Source: an uncultured Gemmatimonadales bacterium (GTDB lineage: Bacteria; Gemmatimonadota; Gemmatimonadetes; Longimicrobiales; Gaopeijiaceae). Taken from it: DNA of 64,000 nucleotides. Below, piece after piece: positions 38,355-46,788 of this stretch. The stretch is from assembly GCA_963809895.1 (NCBI GenBank), contig CAWELD010000003.1, forward strand, positions 2,336,001 to 2,400,000, read 5' to 3'. Position 1 is the stretch's first letter; each line of letters starts with the position of its first letter. The position numbers and the translations under genes were made by a program. Under the pieces are notes generated by a model. That model saw only the letters and a list, made by a program, of their open reading frames with translations. It made no database searches and was not told the origin of the DNA.

Positions 38355-41300
38355 GTGCCCGTGCCCCGACCCGTCTTCCGCGCCGTGCCCGACGACGCAC
38401 CGCACCTCGTCCGCCATCTGGACGAGATCGCCTCCCGCCATCCCCTGGCGCGCAAGGTGATCCTGGCGCCGGCGCGGGGTGCGGGCCGGGAGCTGTTGCG
38501 CACGCTGGCCCGGATGCGCGGAGGGTGGAGCGGCTTCGTGGTGGAGACGCCTCGACCCTTCGCCCTCCAGATCGCGACTCCGGCGCTGGCCCGGGCGGGG
38601 CTCCGGGTCATGGACGAGTTCGAGGAAGAGGCGCTGGTGGACGAGACGCTGGACGATGCCATGGCGTCCGGCGCCGGAGCACCCTACCGGGAGTTGGCCG
38701 GGGGGATGGGCTTCCGGCGGGCCGTGCGCAGCGCGGTGGCGGCCCTGCGCATCGCCGGCGTCGAGCCGGCGCGCATCCGGCGCGAGCCCTTCGCCGATCG
38801 GGCGAAGCAGGACCTGCTCGCCTCGGTGCTCGAGGGGCTGGCGGCCCGCTCCGCCGAACGAGGGGTCGCCGACGTGGGGCAGGTGCTGAGGTTGGCCGCC
38901 GAGGCGCTGGAGGCCGGGGCACCCCTGGGGGCCGACAGCGTCCACCTCTGGCCCGGCCTGTCCATGCGCGGCGCGTCGGGTCGCTTTCTCCGGGCACTGC
39001 TCGACCGGGGAGCACGGGTGCTCACCACCGATCCGGTGATGGGCCTGGAGGCGCCGGCCGCCCTGCTCTGGCACGCCGGCCGAGTCCGGACGCCGCGGTC
39101 GTTTCTCTGCGATCCGGAGGCCGCGCCCCGGGTGACGGAGTCTCCGCCGGACGACACGGATACCTCGGGTCTGCCCCTCTTCGACGGCGCCGACGCCCCG
39201 ACGGGACCGGCACCGGCCTCCATCACCCTGTTCCGGGCCGCCGGCATCCAGGAGGAGATCCGGGAGGTGCTTCGCCGCGCGCTCGGCTCGTCCACGCCCT
39301 TCGAGGATGTGGAGATCGTGACCCCGGACCCCGGCGTGTACGGGCCGGCGCTGCACGCCCTGGCCACCCGTCTCGGCATTCCCGTCACCTTCGCCGTGGG
39401 ACTCCCGGTGGAGCGCACACGGCCGGGGCGCGCGGTGGCCTCCTACCTGCGCTGGATCTCCGACGACTTTCCGGCAGCGGAGATCCGACGGTTGCTGGAG
39501 AACGACGATCTGAGGGCACCGGGTGCCCACCGCCATCTGAACCCGCGGGCGCTGGCCCGCACCCTTCGGCGCTTGCGGGTGGGATGGGGTCGCGAGCGGT
39601 ACGCCCAGATCCTCGACGCGGCCCTGGAGCGCCTCGAGAGCCGCCCCCCCGAGCCCCGCCGCGACGAATCGCCCGAGGAGCACGCGGCACGTCTGGAGCG
39701 TATGCGCGCGAACCTCGAGGGCGTCCAGGCGCTCCTCCGCTACATCCTGCGCCACACGCCCGCCGACGTCCCCCGACGCCTGGAGCTCCACCCCAGACCG
39801 GTGGCTCCGGCGGAGGTGGCCGGCGGCCTGGCCCGCTTCCTGCGCCTGGTGCCCACCCGGTCGGGATCCGTCGACGACACCGCCCGCGACCGTCTCCTCC
39901 GCGTCCTGGACCGCATCCGGGCGACGCTCACCCGACCGGTGCCCTTCGGGGCAGCGGTGGCCACGGTGCAGGAACATCTGGAGCTGCGCGTGCCGGCGCC
40001 CCGGGCCGAGGGCAAGGCGCCGTGGCTCTCCGACGGTGGCAGCGTGCACCTGACGGACCTGGAGCACGGGGGTCTGAGCGGTCGGCCCCTCACCTTCCTG
40101 GTGGGCCTGGACGCGGGGAGGTTCCCGGGTGGAGGCACCCAGGACCCCCTCCTGCTGGACCGGGAGCGGCGACGGCTCTCGGGCGACCTGCCCACCTCGG
40201 CGGACCGACTGGAGGAACGGCAGTTCCAGCTGGCGGCCCTCCTGGCACGTGTGCGGGGAGAGGTGGTGATGAGCTACCCGGCGTGGGACGCGGCCGAAGC
40301 ACGGGTGCTGGCTCCCTCTCCGGTCCTCCTCCAGGCGTACCGACTCGCCTCCGGCGACCCGCAGGCCGGCTTCGACGCGCTGCGCGGGCATCTCGGCACT
40401 CCCGCCAGCCGCTTGCCGCGCTCCGGCTCACCCCTGGACCGCGAGGACGTCTGGCTCGAGGCGCTCAGCGGGAGCGACCACCTCCTCGAGGGGACCCGGG
40501 TGGTGCGCGACGCCTTCCCTCGCCTGGACGCGGGCATCGCCGCCCGACGCGCATGGGACGGCGACGAGCCCGGAGCGCATCAGGGTGTGGTGGGGCGGCG
40601 GACGTCGCTGGATCCCCGACAGGTGCCCGAGACGATCCTGTCGGCCTCGCGCCTGGAGGCACTGGGGGCGTGCCCGCTGCGATACTTCCACCGCTACGTC
40701 CTGCACCTCCAGCCCCTCGACGACCCCGACTACCGGCCCGACGCCTGGCTGGACCCGCTCCGGCGGGGCAGCCTCCTGCACGGCGTCTTCGAGACGACGC
40801 TCCGCGCCGCCCGCGAGGACGGGATCGCGGTGGAGGACTCCGCCTTCGTGGAGCTCGGCCACCGCATCCTGCACGGCGACGCGCGCACCCTCCGCCAGGA
40901 GCTGCCCCCACCCAGCGAGGCGGTGTTCCAACGGGAGCTCGCGGCCCTGGAGGTCGACGTGCGCTGCTTCGCCGACCACCTGCGGCTCCATCCCCCGGCG
41001 TGGGAAGACCTGGAGCTCCAGTTCGGGTTCGAAGGCGGCGAGCCACCCGTCTTGCTGGAGCTGGCCGGAGGCACCGTGCGCCTGCGCGGCGCCGTGGACC
41101 GCGTCGACGCCGCCGGCGCCGACGGCTCGCACCTCCGCATCGTGGACTACAAGACGGGGAGCTTCGGGCGACACTGGGCGAGAAGCACCGGCGTCTACAA
41201 CGGTGGCCGACGGCTTCAGCACGTCCTGTACACCCTCGCCGTGGAGGCCTTGAAGGCACGCCCCGTGGAGGCCATGGAGTACCACTTTCCCACGCGAAAG

Positions 41301-41582
41301 GGCGAAGGCGAGATCCGACGCTTCCAGCGCCGCGAGCTCACGGGAGGGGCCGCCCTCGTGGACCGACTCCTCGACGGCGCGGCCCAGGGCCATTTCGTGC
41401 CCACGGACACCGTCGAGGACTGCGCCTTCTGCGACTACAAGGCCATCTGCCGCGTCACGGAGGGGCGTTTTGGCCGGCGCGACTCCCCGCCGGCGCAGTG
41501 GGGCGAAGCCCAACGCGAGGCCGGGGCGCCCGCCTACCGGGAGTTGGACGCCGTCCGGAGCTGGGAGGAGCGGCCGGACTAA
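38355..41582 (+). CDS. addB: AddB-like helicase/nuclease subunit with Fe-S nuclease domain
   Basis: Degenerate helicase fold; SASRLE...CPLRYF; RG.VDRVD, IVDYKTG, LQ..LY; C-x2-C-x5-C (CAFCDYKAIC). Confidence 0.85.
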   Translation: MPVPRPVFRAVPDDAPHLVRHLDEIASRHPLARKVILAPARGAGRELLRTLARMRGGWSGFVVETPRPFALQIATPALARAGLRVMDEFEEEALVDETLDDAMASGAGAPYRELAGGMGFRRAVRSAVAALRIAGVEPARIRREPFADRAKQDLLASVLEGLAARSAERGVADVGQVLRLAAEALEAGAPLGADSVHLWPGLSMRGASGRFLRALLDRGARVLTTDPVMGLEAPAALLWHAGRVRTPRSFLCDPEAAPRVTESPPDDTDTSGLPLFDGADAPTGPAPASITLFRAAGIQEEIREVLRRALGSSTPFEDVEIVTPDPGVYGPALHALATRLGIPVTFAVGLPVERTRPGRAVASYLRWISDDFPAAEIRRLLENDDLRAPGAHRHLNPRALARTLRRLRVGWGRERYAQILDAALERLESRPPEPRRDESPEEHAARLERMRANLEGVQALLRYILRHTPADVPRRLELHPRPVAPAEVAGGLARFLRLVPTRSGSVDDTARDRLLRVLDRIRATLTRPVPFGAAVATVQEHLELRVPAPRAEGKAPWLSDGGSVHLTDLEHGGLSGRPLTFLVGLDAGRFPGGGTQDPLLLDRERRRLSGDLPTSADRLEERQFQLAALLARVRGEVVMSYPAWDAAEARVLAPSPVLLQAYRLASGDPQAGFDALRGHLGTPASRLPRSGSPLDREDVWLEALSGSDHLLEGTRVVRDAFPRLDAGIAARRAWDGDEPGAHQGVVGRRTSLDPRQVPETILSASRLEALGACPLRYFHRYVLHLQPLDDPDYRPDAWLDPLRRGSLLHGVFETTLRAAREDGIAVEDSAFVELGHRILHGDARTLRQELPPPSEAVFQRELAALEVDVRCFADHLRLHPPAWEDLELQFGFEGGEPPVLLELAGGTVRLRGAVDRVDAAGADGSHLRIVDYKTGSFGRHWARSTGVYNGGRRLQHVLYTLAVEALKARPVEAMEYHFPTRKGEGEIRRFQRRELTGGAALVDRLLDGAAQGHFVPTDTVEDCAFCDYKAICRVTEGRFGRRDSPPAQWGEAQREAGAPAYRELDAVRSWEERPD

Positions 41583-41613
41583 GTAGTATTGCGATACATC
41601 ACGGTACTACTTA
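41580..41613. repeat. AT-rich inverted repeat overlapping the addB stop, upstream of padR-4
   Basis: TAAGTAGTA-N16-TACTACTTA; the spacer can pair further using G:U. Confidence 0.75.
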
Positions 41614-41659
41614 TTCATGGGGCGTCGTTGGTGACCTTCGTCCCGTGCCGGTGTGACCC

Positions 41660-41983
41660 ATGCCCCGATCCGGAGCCTCCGCCCTCTCCGAGCCCGTCGT
41701 CCACATCCTGCTGTCGCTGGCCGACGGCCCGCTGCACGGATACGGCATCATCCTGCGCGTGGAAGAGTGGACCGACGGCCGTCTGGTCCTCAAGACCGGC
41801 ACGCTCTACACCGCGCTCCGTCGCCTGAGCGAGCGCGGACTGATCGAGACCGCCGACGTGGACGACCCCGAAGACGAGCGGCGCATCCACTACCGTCTCA
41901 CGCCCGAGGGCCTCGCGGTGCTCCGGAACGAGGCGGCGCGGGTGCAGGCGCTGGCCGAGCTGACGGTGAGGGTGGTGGGATGA
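41660..41983 (+). CDS. PadR-family regulator (padR-4)
   Basis: HILLSLADGPLHGYGI, TGTLYTALRRL, YRLTPEG. Confidence 0.9.
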   Translation: MPRSGASALSEPVVHILLSLADGPLHGYGIILRVEEWTDGRLVLKTGTLYTALRRLSERGLIETADVDDPEDERRIHYRLTPEGLAVLRNEAARVQALAELTVRVVG

Positions 41984-44655
41984 GGTGGGCCACGACGATC
42001 TACCGACTGGCGCTCCGCGCGCTGCCACCGGCGCTGCGCCGGGACTCGGGCCCCGACATGCTCCGCACCTTCCGGCAGTTGGCCCTGCGCGCTCGAGGCC
42101 GTGGCCGGCTGGCGCTGTGGGCCCTGGTCGCACGCGAGGTGACCGACGTGCTGACGTCGGGGATCGGTGGTCGCCTCGCCGCCGCCTCCTCGCTGGTCTT
42201 CGGTGCGCCGCAGCTCGCGCGCCGCCTCGTGCGCCGGCCCACGCACGCCTTCGCCGTGGTGGCGACGCTGGCGCTCGGGGTAGGGGCGAGCACGGCCATG
42301 TTCGCCGTCACCGACACGGTGCTCGCCGACGCCCCGTTTCCCGAGCCGGACCGCATCGTGAACGTCTGGAACCTCCGGCTCGAGAACGGCAACTCCATCC
42401 CGGGCACCGACAACGCCTCCTTCCTCGCCTGGCGGGGCTTGAGCGACGTCTTCGAGCGGGTCGAGGGGTTCCAGCGCACCACCCGGGTGATCACGGACGA
42501 CGGCCCACCCGAGCAGGTGACCACCGCCGTCGTGACGCCCGGTCTGGCGGAGCTCCTGGGCGCGCACCCGATCGTGGGCCGTGGGTTCGTGGACCCGGAG
42601 GGCCGGCCCGGAGACCAGGACTACGCGATCCTGGGCTGGGACCTGTGGGCACGCCGGTACGGCGCGGATCCGAAGCTCGTGGGACGCACCATCGAGTTGA
42701 ATCGACGGAGGACCACGGTCGTCGGGGTGCTGCCGCGGGGCTTCGCCTTCCCGAGCCAGGATACCGAGGTCTGGCTGCCGGTGGCCGCCACGCCGGCAGC
42801 GCTGAGCAGGACGCCGGGGTCGCCCCTGATGCCGGGACTCGACGTGGTGGCGCGACTCCGGCCGGGCCTCGACCTGGACGCCGCGAACGCCGCCTTGCGC
42901 CCACGAGAGGAGGCTCTGGTCGAAGCCGGGGCCACCCCGGGCTACCTGCCCGAAGTCCACGACATGGGCTTCTTCCTGACGCCGGAGCGCACGCGGCGCA
43001 CGCTGGCCCTCCTCATGGGCGCCGTGCTCATGGTGCTCCTCATCGCCGTGGCCAACGTGGTGGGGCTCGGGTTGTCCCAGTCGCTGGATCGCCGACGGGA
43101 GCTCGCCGTGCGCGAGGCCCTGGGCGCGGGCCGGCGTCGCCTGGCCACCGAGCTGCTCCTCGAGAACCTCGCCCTGGCGCTGGTGGGCAGCGCCGCCGGG
43201 CTCGGCGTCGCGACGCTGGTGCTGCGCGCCCTCCTGCCCATGGTGCCGGACCAGCTCGGTATCGTCACGTGGGGGCGGCCCCTGGGGATCTGGCCCACCG
43301 GGCTCTTCTTCGCCCTGGGGGCGGCGCTGGTGGTGGCGCCGGCCGTGACCCTGTTGACCTGGACCCGACGCGGAGGCGAGCCCAACGAAGCGCTCACCAA
43401 CGCGCGCCAGGCGACACCCACCCGCCGGGGCCTCGCGCTGCAACAGACCATCATCGCCGGCCAGATGGCGCTGGCGGTGCTTCTCCTCGCCGGCTCTGCG
43501 CTGGTGGCCAACAGCGTGCTGCGCCTGACCCACGTGGACACCGGCTTCGACGACGACAGGCTGCTCCTGGCGAGCCTACGCATCCCCACGGGCATGATGC
43601 CGACGAGCACCGACGATGTGGACGCCGGCGATCACACGACCGTGGCCGTAGCTCTCTTCGACGAGTTCCGGCAGGCGCTGGAGCGGATCCCCGGGGTGGA
43701 GGCCGTGACGCTCACCGACACGCCTTTCCCCTCCACCAGCTTCAGGTTCCGCCCGGAGCTGGAGACGCCGGGCCGGCCAACGGCGACGCTGGGGGTGTCC
43801 GCTCCCCAGTACGACTTCCTGCCCATCGGCGAGATCGTGCCGGGCTTTCTGCGGACCACCGGCGTGAAGCTCCTGGAGGGGCGCGACTTCACCGACGCCG
43901 ACGACCCGCGCACCACCGTCATCGTCAACCGGACGCTGGCTCGCCAGCTGTGGCCCGACGGCTCGCCCCTGGGCCGGAGCCTGCGCATCGCACCCCGCTC
44001 CCCCTGGCAGACTGTGGTGGGAGTGGTGGAGCCGACGGTCCAGGGAAGCCTGCGGGACAACTGGGGCGCCGGAGGCGAGATCTGGGTGCCCCTGGATCGG
44101 GAGGAGTCCGACGCCTATCGCACCTTCCTGATCCGCACCGACGGCCGGGAGCCCAGGGCGCTGGTGGAGCCCGTGCGACGAGCCATCTGGCAGGTGGACC
44201 CTGTGCAGCCCATCGAGCGCCTCCTCCCTCTGCGGAAGGCCTATGGCGGAACCATCGACCGCGAGCGCTTCTTTCTCGCGCTCCTCGGCGTGTTCGCCGG
44301 TCTGGCCACGACGCTGGCCGCATGCGGGATCTACGCCCTGCTGGCGCGGGCGGTGACCCGCCGCACCCGGGAGCTGGGCATCCGCAAGGCCCTGGGTGCG
44401 CGGCCCACTCAGATCTTCGGGTACGCTGTGCGTACCGGCCTGGTGCCCGCCGGCGTGGGAATCGGCCTGGGACTGGCCGCCGCGGTGCCGCTGGGGCGGC
44501 TCCTCCGGGACCTGCTCTACGGGATCGCGCCCGGCGATCCGACCTCCATGCTGGTCACGGCTTCGGTCCTGCTGGGCGTCGCAGCCCTCGCCGCGGCCCC
44601 ACCCGCCATCCGTGCGCTCCGGACCGACGTGGTGGCGTCGCTGACCACCGAATGA
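41980..44655 (+). CDS. Duplicated MacB/FtsX-type ABC permease (ADOP-like) no. 4
   Basis: TLALGVGASTAMF, RELAVREALGAGR, RELGIRKALGA; ATGA overlap with padR-4. Confidence 0.92.
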   Translation: MRWATTIYRLALRALPPALRRDSGPDMLRTFRQLALRARGRGRLALWALVAREVTDVLTSGIGGRLAAASSLVFGAPQLARRLVRRPTHAFAVVATLALGVGASTAMFAVTDTVLADAPFPEPDRIVNVWNLRLENGNSIPGTDNASFLAWRGLSDVFERVEGFQRTTRVITDDGPPEQVTTAVVTPGLAELLGAHPIVGRGFVDPEGRPGDQDYAILGWDLWARRYGADPKLVGRTIELNRRRTTVVGVLPRGFAFPSQDTEVWLPVAATPAALSRTPGSPLMPGLDVVARLRPGLDLDAANAALRPREEALVEAGATPGYLPEVHDMGFFLTPERTRRTLALLMGAVLMVLLIAVANVVGLGLSQSLDRRRELAVREALGAGRRRLATELLLENLALALVGSAAGLGVATLVLRALLPMVPDQLGIVTWGRPLGIWPTGLFFALGAALVVAPAVTLLTWTRRGGEPNEALTNARQATPTRRGLALQQTIIAGQMALAVLLLAGSALVANSVLRLTHVDTGFDDDRLLLASLRIPTGMMPTSTDDVDAGDHTTVAVALFDEFRQALERIPGVEAVTLTDTPFPSTSFRFRPELETPGRPTATLGVSAPQYDFLPIGEIVPGFLRTTGVKLLEGRDFTDADDPRTTVIVNRTLARQLWPDGSPLGRSLRIAPRSPWQTVVGVVEPTVQGSLRDNWGAGGEIWVPLDREESDAYRTFLIRTDGREPRALVEPVRRAIWQVDPVQPIERLLPLRKAYGGTIDRERFFLALLGVFAGLATTLAACGIYALLARAVTRRTRELGIRKALGARPTQIFGYAVRTGLVPAGVGIGLGLAAAVPLGRLLRDLLYGIAPGDPTSMLVTASVLLGVAALAAAPPAIRALRTDVVASLTTE

Positions 44656-44664
44656 GGGGCCGCG

Positions 44665-45039
44665 TCAGCCGGCGTCGGCGTCGGCGCCGGTGATGGTGAG
44701 CAGGAGCGCCGTGTCCTGGAGCGTGCGGATGTCCTGCGCATGTCCGGGCCCGAAGAACAGGACCTCTCCACGCCCCATCTCGAAGCGCTCCTCGCCCACG
44801 CGGTAGCTCAGGCGGCCCTCGACCACCTGGAGGGTCATGGGGCTCTCGGCCTGATGGGTTCCGATCTCCACGTCGTCCGCCAGGACCACCAGCGTCAGTC
44901 GTAGCGCACCGGACTTCACCAGCGTGCGCCCGGTGCGGCCGCCGCGCAGGTAGCCTTCGTCGCCCCGCAGCTCCTCGATCTGCGAAGCCAGATCGAAGGT
45001 GAGGTTGGGTCCGGCCAACGGACGTGTCATGGGCGACAT
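44665..45039 (-). CDS. Cupin-domain protein
   Basis: THQAESPMTLQVVEGRL...GHAQDI cupin pattern; SD GGAGG before ATG 45039. Confidence 0.8.
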   Translation of the reverse strand: MSPMTRPLAGPNLTFDLASQIEELRGDEGYLRGGRTGRTLVKSGALRLTLVVLADDVEIGTHQAESPMTLQVVEGRLSYRVGEERFEMGRGEVLFFGPGHAQDIRTLQDTALLLTITGADADAG

Positions 45040-45218
45040 GTGGATCCTCCGGAAGCGAGCGCACGAGAAGGCGACGCTCCAGCATAAGGCCCCGGCGCCC
45101 GCCGACGCCACGCGACGGCGATTTCCGAGCCTTCGCTCCCTCGCCACGGACCCCCACCTCCGGTAGCTTTGGAAGGAGGATCGGAGCGTGGAATCCCCGA
45201 GACCACCCGGAGGGTGCG

Positions 45219-45515
45219 ATGGAGCTCAAAGAGGACTGGCGCGTCTCGTTCCCCGGCGTGACGGTGGCGGCCCGCTTCAGGGAGAAGGCGGCGGAGTACG
45301 TCGAGCGGCTCGCCACCGAGCCCGAGGCCGTGGGCGCCGAGATCGGCAGCCAGCGCTGGGGACACGAATTCGACCTGGCAGGCATCCCCCAGCCCGAGCT
45401 CGACGAGGTCCGCAGCCTCTTCGAACGGGCCGGCGAGGCCATCGAGGAGGGCGCCATGGACGACGCCGTGGGGCTGCTGGAAGACGTGATCGCGTACTGC
45501 ACGCCGGAGGAGTAG
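45219..45515 (+). CDS. Small acidic hypothetical protein
   Basis: SD GGAGG, coding-like composition, no recognised motif. Confidence 0.65.
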   Translation: MELKEDWRVSFPGVTVAARFREKAAEYVERLATEPEAVGAEIGSQRWGHEFDLAGIPQPELDEVRSLFERAGEAIEEGAMDDAVGLLEDVIAYCTPEE

Positions 45516-45524
45516 GGGGCGCCC

Positions 45525-45899
45525 GTGATCCGTACCGCGCTGGCGCTTCTCATGGCGCTCCACGGGGTAGCCCACCTCGTGGGCTTCGCGGTCCCGTGGG
45601 GCCTCGCCCACGGTGACGAGCTCACCTACAAGACCACGCTCCTGGCGGGACGCCTCGACGTGGGTGACGTGGGAATCCGTGTCGTGGGGCTCGTCTGGCT
45701 CGTGCTGGCGGTGGCGTTCGTGGCCTCGGCCGTGGGCGCCTTCACCCAGCAGCCCTGGTGGACCGGCGCCGCCACCTGGACCGCCGTGGCGTCGCTGGGC
45801 ATGAGCCTGCTGTCCCTTCCCGAAGCCAGGATCGGGGTGCCCGTGAACCTGCTCGTGTTGGCGGCGCTCCTGATCGGAGGACGCGTCGGCTGGTGGTAA
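45525..45899 (+). CDS. Small four-TM hypothetical membrane protein
   Basis: Hydrophobic helices; N-terminal HGVAHLVG. Confidence 0.75.
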   Translation: MIRTALALLMALHGVAHLVGFAVPWGLAHGDELTYKTTLLAGRLDVGDVGIRVVGLVWLVLAVAFVASAVGAFTQQPWWTGAATWTAVASLGMSLLSLPEARIGVPVNLLVLAALLIGGRVGWW

Positions 45900-45904
45900 C
45901 AGAA

Positions 45905-45964
45905 TCGGCCGCGCCACCCCGAAGGGCGACGCGGCCGAAGGAGCGGCGTGGCGGGCCGCCGCTC
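45905..45964. terminator. Two tandem hairpins between convergent genes
   Basis: TCGGCCGCG/CGCGGCCGA 45905-45938 and GAGCGGCG/CGCCGCTC 45941-45964. Confidence 0.5.
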
Positions 45965-46637
45965 AGTTCCCGACGGTGAAGGAATAGCCGACGAAGACGG
46001 AGCCGGCGCGGTTCTTGAAGCTGTCGTTGGAATCACCCGAATCGTTGAGATCGGCGAGTCCGAGCGTGTAGCGGCCCTCGAGAATCACCGCGCCCGAACC
46101 CGCGGGGATCGCAACCCCCGCACCGACCACGGCGCTGAAGTCGGTGCTCTTGCGTTGCAACTCCAGCTCGTAGTCGTTCCCGTCGCAGTCCACGTCGATG
46201 GAAATACCCCCGGATTCGCCCGAGAACTTGCACGAAGCTTCGAACGACACGGCTCCGCCACCCAGCAGGTAGGGCGATACCGAAGAGCCGGACCCCAGCG
46301 GGACGCGCAGGAGCACGGGAATCTCGATGTAGTCCATCTTGAGCGTCAGATCGACGTCCGAACCGTCACCGGCGGTCACCTTCGCCCCCTTCTGCGAGTA
46401 GAGCAGCTCGGGCTGAAGGTAGATGCCACCGATGGGAATGCTCAGGAACACGCCCCCGCCGGCGGCGGTGCGCGTGCTGACGTCGGCCTCGGGATTTTCC
46501 ACGCTGGGCTTGGAGAAGTTCAGTCCGCCCTTCACGCCGATCTGCATGGATCGCCCACCCATCATCTGTGCACTCACCGGCGCCACGGACACGGCCGTCG
46601 CGCTCAATACCGCAAGCAACCACACGGACTTCCTCAT
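45963..46637 (-). CDS. Outer-membrane beta-barrel (porin family) protein
   Basis: Signal peptide; GVKGGLNFS, QPELLYSQKG, DYIEIPVLL, EGRYTLGL, alternating C-terminal strand. Confidence 0.88.
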   Translation of the reverse strand: MRKSVWLLAVLSATAVSVAPVSAQMMGGRSMQIGVKGGLNFSKPSVENPEADVSTRTAAGGGVFLSIPIGGIYLQPELLYSQKGAKVTAGDGSDVDLTLKMDYIEIPVLLRVPLGSGSSVSPYLLGGGAVSFEASCKFSGESGGISIDVDCDGNDYELELQRKSTDFSAVVGAGVAIPAGSGAVILEGRYTLGLADLNDSGDSNDSFKNRAGSVFVGYSFTVGN

Positions 46638-46692
46638 GGGTCCTCACCATCCTCTGGGGTCACGCCCGGCCCGGACATGGGGCCAGACTGGG

Positions 46693-46735
46693 TTGAAGAT
46701 ATTTTCAATTATCGTCGGCGCCGCGCGTGGGTCAA
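46693..46735 (-). promoter_or_regulatory. Sigma70-like promoter (TTGACC-N16-GATAAT) with palindromic operator over the start site
   Basis: -35 46735-46730; -10 46713-46708; TTGAAGATATTTTCAA 46693-46708 (14 of 16 positions symmetric). Confidence 0.65.
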
Positions 46736-46788
46736 CGATCTCGTTCACCGCCCTCGACGCGGTCTCCGCCGCCGGGTAGGTTGCGGCC

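Noticed and set aside
37070..38662. Apparent 531-aa N-terminal extension of the M1 peptidase in the ORF track
   Set aside because: Off-frame read of the AI-2E gene; the real start with SD and signal peptide is at 37069
38306..41656. 1116-aa same-strand alternate-frame ORF over addB
   Set aside because: Arg/Pro/Gly/Ala-rich off-frame translation with no domain signature
41583..46788. Mobile element or genomic island between addB and addA
   Set aside because: No integrase, transposase, terminal repeats or target duplication seen; kept only as a split-operon finding
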